Assembly: GCA_951406725.2 (NCBI GenBank)
Contig: OX597828.1
Location: forward strand, 62,558,001 to 62,622,000
Source: Octopus vulgaris
Taxonomy: Eukaryota
Direction: 5' to 3'
DNA: 64,000 nt
The translations under genes and the position numbers were made by a program. Each line of letters starts with the position of its first letter. The first letter of the stretch is position 1. Below, in pieces: positions 51,188 to 64,000 of this stretch. Below the pieces are notes generated by a model. It did no database searches and was not told where the DNA came from. It saw only the letters and a list, made by a program, of their open reading frames with translations.

Positions 51188-51727
51188 AGAGTTATGTACC
51201 TTGGTTGTCACGTTAAATATACCAGCTATGGTAGGGTGACCCTAGGGGATAGCCACATCATAACTGCACAATTAGACATGTACCCACACAATACTTATAG
51301 TTTTGTTTTTATTTTTATGAGTTCTTTGTGTGTGTGTGTGTCTCTTATGTCTTCCATCCTTTTTAAAATTTTTTTGTTTTACTTTTAATATTCTTGCTGG
51401 AAAGTTTGGTCTATTGATGCTACTGTTAACATTATCTCAAAGAGATAAAGCCATTGGTGTCTCCACTCTGATCCACCACCACATCTATCACCACACCTCC
51501 CTGGACCTCCGCAGCCAGTCCATACATTGTCTCCCAATCAAATGCTGCTGGCTCCGCCTCGCCACCCCTCCCTCCCCTCTTACACACTGTAGATTTGCCT
51601 TGAGACATTCCGTGTTATCTCTGCTCTCCTACCCATCATCTCTTCCTAAAATCAGAGACATGCCAACCTTTCTATTCATTTATCTACCTTACAGACCTAT
51701 CTACCTATCTATCTCTCTATCAATTGA

Positions 51728-52816
<1,089 letters not shown>

Positions 52817-52967
52817 ATTTGTGTGTGTCCAATCTATTTCCTTTCCATCTGTCTACTTATCTATTTAACTCTATATCTATCTGTCAGTTATTTTATCAAT
52901 CTTTCCATCTTGCCACCTTCACATTTACTACCAATCTATCTAACTGTCTATCTAAAAGTTAGACAGT

Positions 52968-53022
<55 letters not shown>

Positions 53023-53537
53023 TATCTATCTATCTATATCTATCTAAGTAGCCATCTCTTGCCTTCTATCTCTGAAACCATCTATCTACTGCTCCATCTG
53101 CCCCACCCCTTCTATCTACTCTCCCACCCACCTTTTCTGGAGGGGCCTCAGATACCCAACACCACCAGGCCCTATGTTATTAAACAGTCATTCTATACTA
53201 TCCTACCGATGTTATTAAGAAACTGGACATTTAATCTCACTGCAAACCTCCATCATCACCATCACTAACACCACCACCTCCCATTGATGTTGTTACAAGA
53301 GTGATGGTGGCGATCGATGGAGGGTGGGGTGGTGGTGGTGGTGGTGGCGGCGGCGATGGTGGTGGTGATTCAATCTCTCACCAGCTAACGTTACAAGAGA
53401 AAGTGACATTCTGCCTCTATAACAACCAGGGTGGACGGTGAGGGGCGGGGGGTCAGAGGGTGGGGGAGAATGTTGGGATGTTTTGGTACAACCCAACCCA
53501 CCACACTGATTATATAAATGTTGTGTGTGTTAGTATT

Positions 53538-53590
<53 letters not shown>

Positions 53591-54128
53591 AAATGAGGTG
53601 AGAGAGTGGCCATTTAGTGTTTCAATTTCCTATTATTCAATACATATATATAGATAGATAGATAGATAGATAGGTAGATAGGTAGATAGACAGACAGACA
53701 GACAGACAGGAGAGAGTGACTAGAAGAGAGTAATGGGACAGGAGAGAGAGAGAGAAACCTTATATATGTGAGTTTGATATTTACAGCAGAGGAATGGGAA
53801 GAGGTAGAAAAAAAAGTGAAGGAGTCAGAGAAAAGAGGTGGATATAGTCATGTGATATCCTGGCTTGATAATCCATGTGAGTGAGATGGGATGGGGGTGT
53901 GTGAGGAGTGGGTAGGGTATTTGTCAGCCATCCTATCTCCACTCTGTTAGATTCAATATCGGAGAATTTGAAACCTGCAGATCACTTACCACACGTATAT
54001 ACTGTTTAGATATGTGTGTGTGTATACAAACACACTCACATGATTATATATGTACATGTACAAGTATGCATGTATGTATATATATATATATGTGTGTGTG
54101 TGTATGTACACACATGTACACACACACT

Positions 54129-54164
<36 letters not shown>

Positions 54165-54235
54165 TATGGTTATGGATTAAATATCTGCCTTCCTATGTGT
54201 ATTTGTGCATAAGCATATATATGTGTGTGTGTGTG

Positions 54236-54277
<42 letters not shown>

Positions 54278-54616
54278 AAATATGTATAAAACTACACATG
54301 TATGTATGTATTCATACATGCATATGTATATATAAATATGCTTATACACACACAGGCTGGCAGATATTTAATCCATAACCATGAGTCCAACAAAATGCAT
54401 TGTGTTTGGCTAGAGGACATGCATGCATGCATACATACTTTCCTACACACACACACGTATGTATGTGTATATTTATGCCTATATATTTTATACTGGTTGA
54501 GTCATTGGACTGCAGTCATACTGGGTTTCCACCTTCTCTTGTATACCTATATGCATATATATATGTATGCCTCTGTGTGTGTATATATGTGTGTGTGTTT
54601 GTGTGTATACCTTATT

Positions 54617-56104
54617 ATCATCATCATCATCCACCTCCTCCTTTAGTGTCCATTGTCCATGCTGACATGGTTTGGATGGTGTGACCAAAGTTGGAAAAGC
54701 TGCACCAGACTCCAGTCTGATTTGGCATGGTTTTTCTACAGCTGGATGACCTTTCTAATGCCAACCACTCCAAAAGTGTAATGGGTGCTCTTATGTCCCG
54801 CTGGTGCAGGTGCCAGATGCATGACACCAGTATCTGCCATGACTACAATCTCACTTGGGTTTGATGGGTCTTCTACTCAAGCACAGCATATTGCCAAAGG
54901 CCTCACTCATTTGTCATTGCCTCCATGAGGCCCAACGCTCAAAAGGTGCTTTTTATGTGTCACTGGCACAAGAGCCAGCTAGGCAACACCGGCATCATCC
55001 ACATTGCCTCCATGAGGCCCAACACTCAAAAGGTGTTTTTTTACGTGCCACTAGCATGGGTGCCAGTTACATAACACCAGCATATTGCCAAAGGTCTCAG
55101 TCACTAGTCATTATGTCCGTGAGGTCCAAAGTTTGAAGATCATGCTTCACCACCTCGTCTCATGTCTTCCTGAGTCTATCTCTACCACAGGTTCCCTCCA
55201 CAATTAGAGAGCAGCACTTCTTTACACAGCTGTCCTCATCCATATGCATCACATGACCATACCAGCACAGTCACCTTTCTTGCACACCACATCTGATGCC
55301 TCTTATGCCCAGCATTTCTCTCAGATGCTTACACTCTGTCATACATGTACACTGACATTACACATCCAGCGAAGCTTACTGGCTTCATTTCTTTCAAACC
55401 TACACATGTCCTTGGCTGTCACAACCCATATTTCACTGCCATGTAGCATAGCTGTTTGTACACAGGCATCATCCAATCTGCCTTTCACTCCGAGGGAGAG
55501 GCCCTTTGTTGCTAGCAGAAGTAGGAGCTCTCTGAACTTTACCCAACCTATTCTTATTCTCACAGCTACGCTCTCGGAGCATCCACCTCTGCTACTAACT
55601 TGGTCACCAAGGTAATGGAAGCTATCTACTACCTCTAGCTTAACCCCTTGGCAGTTAATGGAGTCTATCTTCTGTACATTTTTGGTGTTTATTGTACTTG
55701 TGCATCTTCACACCAAAGCTATTTTCCCTGGTAACCTTCTTCTAATGTTGCTGCACATCTTACATGTCCATAACTTACACCAGGTACGTCTTGTGGAGGT
55801 TCTACCTCCACCTTTTCTGCAGATCAAGCAGGGCCATCTACCTGAAGGGGTTTGTGATTTGTCTACCTTCCTACTTACTAAGACTTTGGTTTTTGCTAGC
55901 TTAACTCTAAGGCCTTTCGATTCCAGACCTTGCTTCCATACCTGAAACTTCTTTTCTAGTTCTGGTAGTGATTCAGTTATAAGAATAAGGTCATCAGCAA
56001 CAGAGGAGGAGCTCCCAAGGGCAGCCTGTCTTAACTTCCTCTGTTATTGCCTGGAGGACTATGATGCACAAGAGGGGGCTGAGCACCAATCCTTAGTGAA
56101 CCCC
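54617..56104 (-). mobile_element. 5'-truncated RTE-clade LINE (RT C-half, Cys-rich insert, 3' UTR, (GAT)n tail)
   Basis: Minus strand GVH*GLVLSPLL, ADDLILI, GLRVKLAKTKVL, VDSFHYLGD, RIRIGWVKFREL, MLHGSEIW; the 3' tail is the one seen in more than 10 short fragments in the window. Confidence 0.92.
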
Positions 56105-56604
56105 TAAATTCATTTGGGTGGATTTTTTTTCTACAGCAAGATGCCCTTCCTGTCACCAACCCTCATCTGTTTGAAAGCAAGGTGATATTTCACCAGGACC
56201 AGGCATGCTCTCACAGGAGACTGGAAATGAAGCACACTGCTTGCATGAGGGTGACATTCATTTATCACATGACATCAAGGCAAGGAGACACCACCTCACA
56301 CACACACACACAAACAAAAGTAGGTGCATTATTTCCAGAGAAATGGCTGGCCAGAATATATCACTGAATAATTAAACACAAACAAGACAGCAACAACATT
56401 GATCTCTGCATCCACACCACTTCAGAGGTTGGCTTATGAGGCCCTTAATGAATGGCAATGGCTTCATTATCACAGCAGATCAATCTGGAGTAGCAACATG
56501 ATGGCACCGTGATGTGGTGGTGTATATGGGGGCCATGGTTATGATTCAAGGAAGGATCACAATTCCTGGAATTCCATGACACTGGACACTGGGCTGGCTG
56601 GACA

Positions 56605-56925
56605 CTTCATCAGTTACGACAAAGAATGTTCCAGTTGATCTGATCAGTGGAACACTCCGCTCCTGAAATTAACACGCGTGTGGTTGAGTATTCCACAAAC
56701 ACACATACCCTTAACATAGTTCTCAGGGTGATTCAGCAGGACCCAAAATGTGACAAGGCTGGCCCCTTTGAATTACAGGTAAAACTCCTCGTTTTTAGCA
56801 GCCAAGTGGACTGAGGCAATGTGAAATGACAGTGTCTTGCTCAAGAACACATCACACTGCCAGGAATCGAACTCATGATCTTTCGATTGTTAGCTGAACA
56901 CCCAAACCACTGAGCCACGTGCTTT
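56605..56925 (-). mobile_element. tRNA-derived SINE, family C
   Basis: Minus strand head TGGCTCAGTGGTT..GAGTTCGATTCC (clean A/B boxes), then GTGTTCTTGAGCAAGACACT. Confidence 0.8.
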
Positions 56926-58248
56926 CTCCATTCTGTGACACGAATTACCTGACATTTTGTCGATTCCTACTTCAGAAAACCGGTCTTCCACTTAATCTCC
57001 TGCAAATCAGACAAATACACAAACTGGACTGGCTTCACACTCACCAGGAAACTTGACCAGCAACAAGTGGTTGCATGTGTGTGTGTGTGTGTGTGTGCAC
57101 AGGCTATGTGGCTGAGGAGTTTGCCTGCCAACCACATGGGTCAGGGGTTCAGCCTCACTGCATGACACTTTGGACAAGTATCTCCTATTATAACCCTGGG
57201 TCAACGAAAGCCTTGTGAGTGGATTTGGTAGACAAAGTCAAAGAAGCCCATCATATATGTGTGTGTGTGTGTGTGTGTGTTGTGCATGGGTATGTGTTAT
57301 GTATAGGTGTGTTGTCTTTGCACCACATTAGAATTGCAAACAAATGCCACAGTCCTTCATTTGTTGCAGTCTTTCTGAAAATCATGTCCAGCCATGGAGG
57401 AAGATTGCTTTGCTTGGAAACAGATCAGGGTTGGCAACAGGACAGGCATCCAGCCGTAGAAAATCTGCCTCAATTAAATTTTGTCTGACCCATGCAAGCA
57501 TTGAAAAGTAGAAGTTAAAATGATGATGATAACGATTTGTGTGTGTGTGTTTTATGCTTATGATGTCCAGCCAATGCCTCTGTCCATCTGTGATGTCATC
57601 AGTTTTCCTGCAAGTTTCCTTGTCCATCTTGTTTGAATTTTCTTTTGCAGTATTTTTGGTAACTCCACTCTTTCCCAACTTTATGCTCCCAAACGTCACA
57701 TACACACACACACACACACACACGAGAGACAGAAAACGAGATTATTTTACATACACAAATGTATGCTATGTATTCATTATAGTTATACTTACAGTTTATA
57801 CTTACATAAACATTTTACACACACACACACATCGCTATTACAAAAACATAAAAAGATGATGGTTGATATATGTATATACACACACAAATATGTGTGTATG
57901 TTTGTATATGTATAGGAGAGAGTGAGAGAGAGAGAGAAGAGATATGGGGGTACACTCACACAAATTACATGCATAAAATGGGGTCGATATATTTGTGTGT
58001 GTGTGTGTGTGTATAGACACACATTTCTCTGTGTTCCTGAGATTTCTCTGGTCAGCAATTAAGCTGTCCAGTTTCAGTGACCAGCTGTATATGCCTGTTT
58101 GTTTATTTCTGGAAACATTGTTCCATTGAAAACCATTGTTTCACCTCTGATCCCATGACATGTGACCTCAATTGACCTAGCTTTTCCAATTCTGCCTTTT
58201 TGAACTGGATTTTCTCTGCTTTCTCTTTGCCAATCTCTCTCTCTATCT

Positions 58249-58285
<37 letters not shown>

Positions 58286-58379
58286 CATTATTGACAGAGT
58301 TCATTGAGGCAGATTTTCTACAGCCAAATGTTAGTTTTACTAACAATAATTGCTTCTAAATATTTTCTGACATTCTGTT

Positions 58380-59060
58380 GGTCATTGTACCAGCTCCAGT
58401 GTGCCCCAGGGTTTAGGTTTTGTCCCCTTCTCTCTCTCTTTCTCCCCCTTCAGTCCATCAATAAGTGACTTGCCACCACTACACACATGACACTCTCCTT
58501 CATTCCTCCAGAACATTCTCCCATCATGCATTTATCCTCCATACACTGTGCACACAAACCCGCACTGACCCCGCATCCTTCTCCAGTCTTGCCTCTTTCA
58601 GTCGGACAAAGTCTCAAAGACTACTCTTACCAAGAAAGCATCATCACCGCCCCTGCCCCCCAATCAGCCCCAATCATGACCAACATCCAACTCAAGACCT
58701 CAGAAGCAAGTCCTTAACATAACCAGGACTAAATCCCATGACTCTTATCTTCAATCCCCCAACAATTACTGGTACTCTACGAAGGCTCTCAGCTAAGACA
58801 CACAATGGACAACAATACTTCTGTTGTACATGAACCCATCCTAGACTGCCTACAGAAAAAACATCACCCAATTGATCAGAATCAAATCAAACACGTTTCA
58901 GCCTCTGGCCCACAGCCTGCACTCACTCTTCTCTTTTCCACTCCTACAATAGCCTCTGCTCCGCAACCCTGGCTGCACCAATTCCACTTCCACTCAGGAC
59001 ATCTCCATTCAATCACCCCTATCCCTATGCATCTCTCCGCTCATCACTCTAGTCTATTAT
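58380..59060 (+). mobile_element. Highly decayed CR1/Jockey-like RT remnant
   Basis: SSVPQG..FVP and ISDL..Y.HDT-like fragments; C-rich LINE-like composition. Confidence 0.35.
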
Positions 59061-59285
59061 GATTGCAGCATGAGATAGATAGATAGATATATGTGTGTGT
59101 GTGTGTGTGTGTGGTAATGAATTTAAATGGATTCGTGTTTCAATATAATTTTCAGTCAGGACTCTTTAGACTTTCTTTATCATGAACAACAAACACATAC
59201 ATTTATATGTGTATGTGTGTACTTATATGTATGAACTTATATATGCATACATGTATGTGTACTTTTATGTATGTGTGTGTGTGTG

Positions 59286-59323
<38 letters not shown>

Positions 59324-59347
59324 CATGTATGCATGTGTGTGTGTATG

Positions 59348-59387
<40 letters not shown>

Positions 59388-59443
59388 CATACATACAGGC
59401 ATGTATGTAGTCAGGTCTGTGTAAAGCCTTATATCTAAAGAAT

Positions 59444-59482
<39 letters not shown>

Positions 59483-60995
59483 GACTTTCTCTGTCCACCT
59501 CTCCCCCCCCCCACATCATCTTCTGCTAAATTTACTGAAACTATTAAAAAAAATATTGAATATTACATCAACAACATCAATGAAAACCCCCACAACTCTC
59601 TCCCCACCACCATCTCCCACGTTCCCCTCCACCACCCACCTGACCACCTCGTGCCCACCACCGCCACCACCACCCCACCCACTGAACCCTGCAGCCATTA
59701 TCAAAGTAAACTTCTGCTATAAATGGCATTGGAGAATCTTAAGTAATCCAATATGGTCCCCCCCCCGCCGCCGCCACCACGACCCAACCCCTGGAGAAGG
59801 TGACGGAGGGGGTAGGATGTGAGGGAGGGTAGTGATCCCCCCACCCACACCTCATCCTGCCCTATACATACACCAAAAACAACAACAAGGGGCAGTGAAG
59901 AAAAATGGGAGTGGAGTGTGAAATTTTAGACTTTGGAGGTTTGGATTGCTAGATATGTGTACACACACACACATACACATACATATATACATGTCTGTGT
60001 GTGTGTGTGTGTGCGCGCGCACACATACATTCATATACACAAACACACTTGCACACAAGTATTATGTATTTTATCTGTGTCTTCTGTGTCTGTATGAATT
60101 TTATCTGCCTTTCCCCTGCGTATACAGAGGTGTTTATGCTTAGATATTATTGTACACGCCGTATGTATATATGTATATATATATATATATATATCCATGT
60201 TATACACATACATGTATGTTTAGATGTGTATTTATGTATGTCTGTTATTCATGAGGGTGCCACGGATTGAAGTGATAGATCAGGTTATCAGACAACCAAC
60301 TGAAGACTTGGTATTTGGTATCAAATCACATAAGACTACACTGCATCTATTATCAAGTCACTTAGTGTCTAATGGTCTCCGTTTGACTTTGTAGCTCTTA
60401 CTAGGGACCACTTGGATCTAGATATACAACACTAGAAGCTTTGTCTGTCTATGTACCATATGTGTGTGTGTGTGTACACACACACACATATATATGTATG
60501 TGTGTGTGTGTGTGTATACATACACACATATACATACAAATATATATGTATATATCTACACACATACATACAAATGTATATACACACACATGCTGTTATA
60601 CATACATGTGTGTGTGTTTATATATATATATATATATATACACTCTCACACTGTATTCTATAAACATTGGGTGACATGTTGATATATTCTGGAGCAGGAA
60701 TCTTTAACAAAAAGTCTTCCTGACTCAGACAAATTGGTGAGGGGTGGGAGGAGGAGGAAGATAAAGACCAGTGTGTCCTCCCTACCAACTCAACTCTTGC
60801 TCTTTTCCTCCTCCTTTTCCCTCCCTTGCTTTCTATGTGGTACAGGAAAGAGATAGAGAGAGAGAGAAAGAGTGAACGCCAGTGTGTCTCTTCTTACTTA
60901 CTGCCCCCCCCCGCTTCCCCTCTCTTGTTTCTCAACCAAACTTTTCATGTGGGGGAGGAGGAGGAGGGATACTGAGACTAACACTTCACACATAC

Positions 60996-61037
<42 letters not shown>

Positions 61038-63476
61038 TGCATTTATATATGCATGCATGTGTGTGTGTGTATTGTATGGGATTAGGCTGCCAGGTTGTTA
61101 CAATGAAAATATTTCTTTTGTGCCAAGCAATTAGCAATAGAGTTCAATAAAACTGTGTGTGTGTGTGTGTGTGTTACACTGATGATGAAGCTAATTATTT
61201 CTTATTTGATTAATTCTATTTTTATTGAAACAGTTATATATGAATAAAAATAGTTTTTTTTTTTTGCTCTCTAAACACAAATATTTTAATTAGCACAATG
61301 TGATTATTGATAGTATTAATAGAACCACAGAACTGACATTTTTTTAAAAAGCCATTTTAGAGAAACATGCAGTGTTTTGTGTTTTGATGGATTTGATAGA
61401 GAGAAACTGAAAGAAGACCATCGTATGTCTGTGGATGTCCCCCAATGTGAATGAGAGTCTATTTGTGTCGTGTTGATATCATGTGATAGTTGTAAATGAG
61501 TACCACTGTCATACAAGTGAGGTTGTTGATTTCCAGTCTCCTGTGAAAACATTTCTGGTCATGGGAAAATATCTTCTTTGGCAAACAGGTGAGGATTGGT
61601 AATAGGGAGGGCATTGCCCCATGAAAATTCTGCCTGACCCATGCAAGCATAAAAAAAAGTGGACATTGAATGATGATTGCTTCAGAATCAATACTTGCTG
61701 TCCTTGCTTTGGGTCAGTTCCTCATGTTGGCGATTGAATCCAGTTTTGACCAGATTTCATTCAGTAAGGTGTGCCTCAATGGGATTTGTCTCTTCATGTA
61801 GTTTGCTTTTGTCATTGTAGGTCTGAATTTCCCCTGGTTACTCTTCTACAAAATACACTCAATCTCATTTAGAATCGGTGCTGGACCATTTTCGTATTGT
61901 TTTTCTTCAAGACAGCCTTTGTTAATGTTTTGTTTGTTTTTTGGGTTTTTTCACTCCATCAGGTGTTGATTCTTTGTAAAGAGAATTCCACATTTGGTGT
62001 CAGGATGCACAATTTCATTTCATTTCATTTTTTTCCACATAGAATTATTTCCTGATAAAGAAACTACCTCAGCATTGATGTTGTTCTTAGAACTGCTTAT
62101 AGAATTTCCTTGCTTCTTCTCAACACCAGCCAAATTGCCAAGTGGACAGACAAGTTTTACATTGTTTTCTTTTCAGCAAAAAAAGAAAAAGACACACAGA
62201 CAGCTTTTTCTTGGGCCACAGCAGCATGAAAAACAAAAGAAAAGAAAATCCTCCATCAGCCACGTTGTCTAGACAACCAGATGCAAATGTTTACTTTTGG
62301 GGTAGATTTAAGTTTTTGCTCTGAATAATTTATCAAATTTGATGGAAAAACATATTAATTCTGTGAAAATAATACATATAAAATTTCACATTTTAACAGA
62401 TTTATACAGTATATCATATACACAACATCCTACAGACATAAGACTAGGTGGACAAAATATGACTGCAGCTCCAGTCTTTATTTGGAAACAAATGACAATA
62501 CATTGGAATTGGACCATTTGTTGAAATGAGAAAATCCTTTTCGATATTTTGATTTTTATCATCGAACAGGGTTGAAGCCATTTGGACCTCAAGTGACCCT
62601 CTAGTGGGCTGATTGTCGTCCACACAAACTGGACATGGGTTTGGCAAAAAATTTGAAATGAAAATTAAATTAATTTGAAATAAATATTAAATTTTCCTAA
62701 GTTCAGCATCTCACAAATACATATATACAGATAAAAGTAATACACAGACAGACACACACACACATATATACACATAGAGGTATAATATACACACACATAT
62801 ATGTATACATATACACACAAGCATTGTATTGGTGGTGGTGGTGGTGATGGTGGTGTCGATGGGTCTCATATTTCACTTATCTAAATTTACTCCATATTTT
62901 CATTTCAAACAACAAAGGCAGCCAGTGATTCCAGCAACCCCTCCCCCACCTCATTCTGCACCATTCCACCAGTTTCTTTACCATGTGTAAGACATCTTAG
63001 GAAGGTAGAGGGGGGGTCTGTATTTGTCAAACCAGATGTGTCTTTGGCTGAGGTAACCACCACCATCGCCACCATAACCACTTTCCTCGCCCCACCCCAT
63101 CAAGAGTCTCTATGTGGTCATTCAATCTGGTAGAAATAGTAGGCAAATATAGCTTCTTAAACAAATACACATTAGGTAATACATATAGTCGTGGATGGTC
63201 ATGAATGGAAGTCCTTTAAATCTAGGTTTGTTTGATCAGGGTTTATTTGTCTAGGTTTAATCAACATCATGACCTTCTATGCAATAGCAGCCAAATTTCC
63301 CTCAAATCGAAATCTCATTCTCTTAAAAGTGGAGGGACAGACTTGGTAATGGGGTCCAAGATAGACTGTGCCTGGATAAAAAAAAAATAGGATAGCCACA
63401 GCTGAACTGTTCAATTATGACCTGGCCTTGGGCTAATAAACAACACAAGCACCATCATCATAATCAGCATCATTAA

Positions 63477-63664
63477 CCACTTCTGGCTCTGCAATACAAA
63501 TGTCTTGTTTTCATAGGTTCCGAATTAAAATCTTCCACCAAACCTTTATCACAATTTATGTTCCTAACACTAGCTTAATGATAACAAAGTTATTTTAATA
63601 GATTATATTTAAAGTAATTGAAAGAATCACAGAGCATCTCAACAGAAATACAGTAACGAAAGGG
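63477..63664. mobile_element. piggyBac-like MITE (left end damaged)
   Basis: Near-identical to 50270-50530; ends GTAACGAAAGGG-TTAA. Confidence 0.75.
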
Positions 63665-64000
63665 TTAATGTCTCTCTCTCTTTCTCTCTCTCTGGTCCAG
63701 CCAATCCACCTGATTTTTGGGGTTTTTTGGGGTTTTTTCCTACCCATGGAAGAAGCGATATCAACAGGCAATCATTTACATCCAAAGTCTCACTGTTTTG
63801 GCAAAAGATGAAAAACATTAAGCTTACCATTAATACACCATATTTTCTTTTTTTTTTTACTCTTTTAATGAAGAGGGAGGGCAGGACTCGTGAACCTGTA
63901 CAAGGCTTCCTTAATCAAAACCCAAGGGAAGGAAGAAGATATTCTTCAAATTTGTGACACAGCCTTAATATTTAGAACATAGGGGATTCCACTTAGTGGC

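Noticed and set aside
56850-56925. tRNA-like sequence with A and B boxes
   Set aside because: It is the head of a SINE with a collinear second copy near 6030-6300; no convincing cloverleaf.
61690-62330. Complex non-repetitive stretch with short ORFs
   Set aside because: No recognisable domain or splice-bounded frame; cannot be assigned without a database search.

Overview
AT-rich, microsatellite- and transposon-dense eukaryotic DNA. The repeat families and simple-repeat density suggest an octopus (coleoid cephalopod) genome; this is an inference. Only one host exon is well supported: a 202-nt + strand internal exon (14723-14924, AG/GT bounded) encoding DYAETTMNELLGMYGYDKV, the N-terminal motif of Sine oculis-binding protein (SOBP). 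The rest appears to be very large intronic sequence. It holds a full-length decayed mariner with perfect 37-bp TIRs, two DD37D (maT) remnants, stacked Helitron ends, hAT/piggyBac-like MITEs, RTE, CR1/Jockey, L1-Tx1 and three R4/Dong LINE remnants, and at least four tRNA-derived SINE families. The most interesting hand-detected signals are: several Penelope-type minimal hammerhead ribozyme motifs, with the best-preserved ones sense to the SOBP pre-mRNA; an (ATT)n-seeded SINE/Dong insertion hotspot at 39-44 kb with long fold-back RNA potential; a PHD-like Cys-rich insert inside an RTE reverse transcriptase; a candidate CRE-TATA-donor internal promoter; and a candidate in-frame alternative terminal exon. 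Almost all long ORFs in the track are microsatellite artefacts. Boundaries of decayed repeats are approximate (about +/-20 bp).
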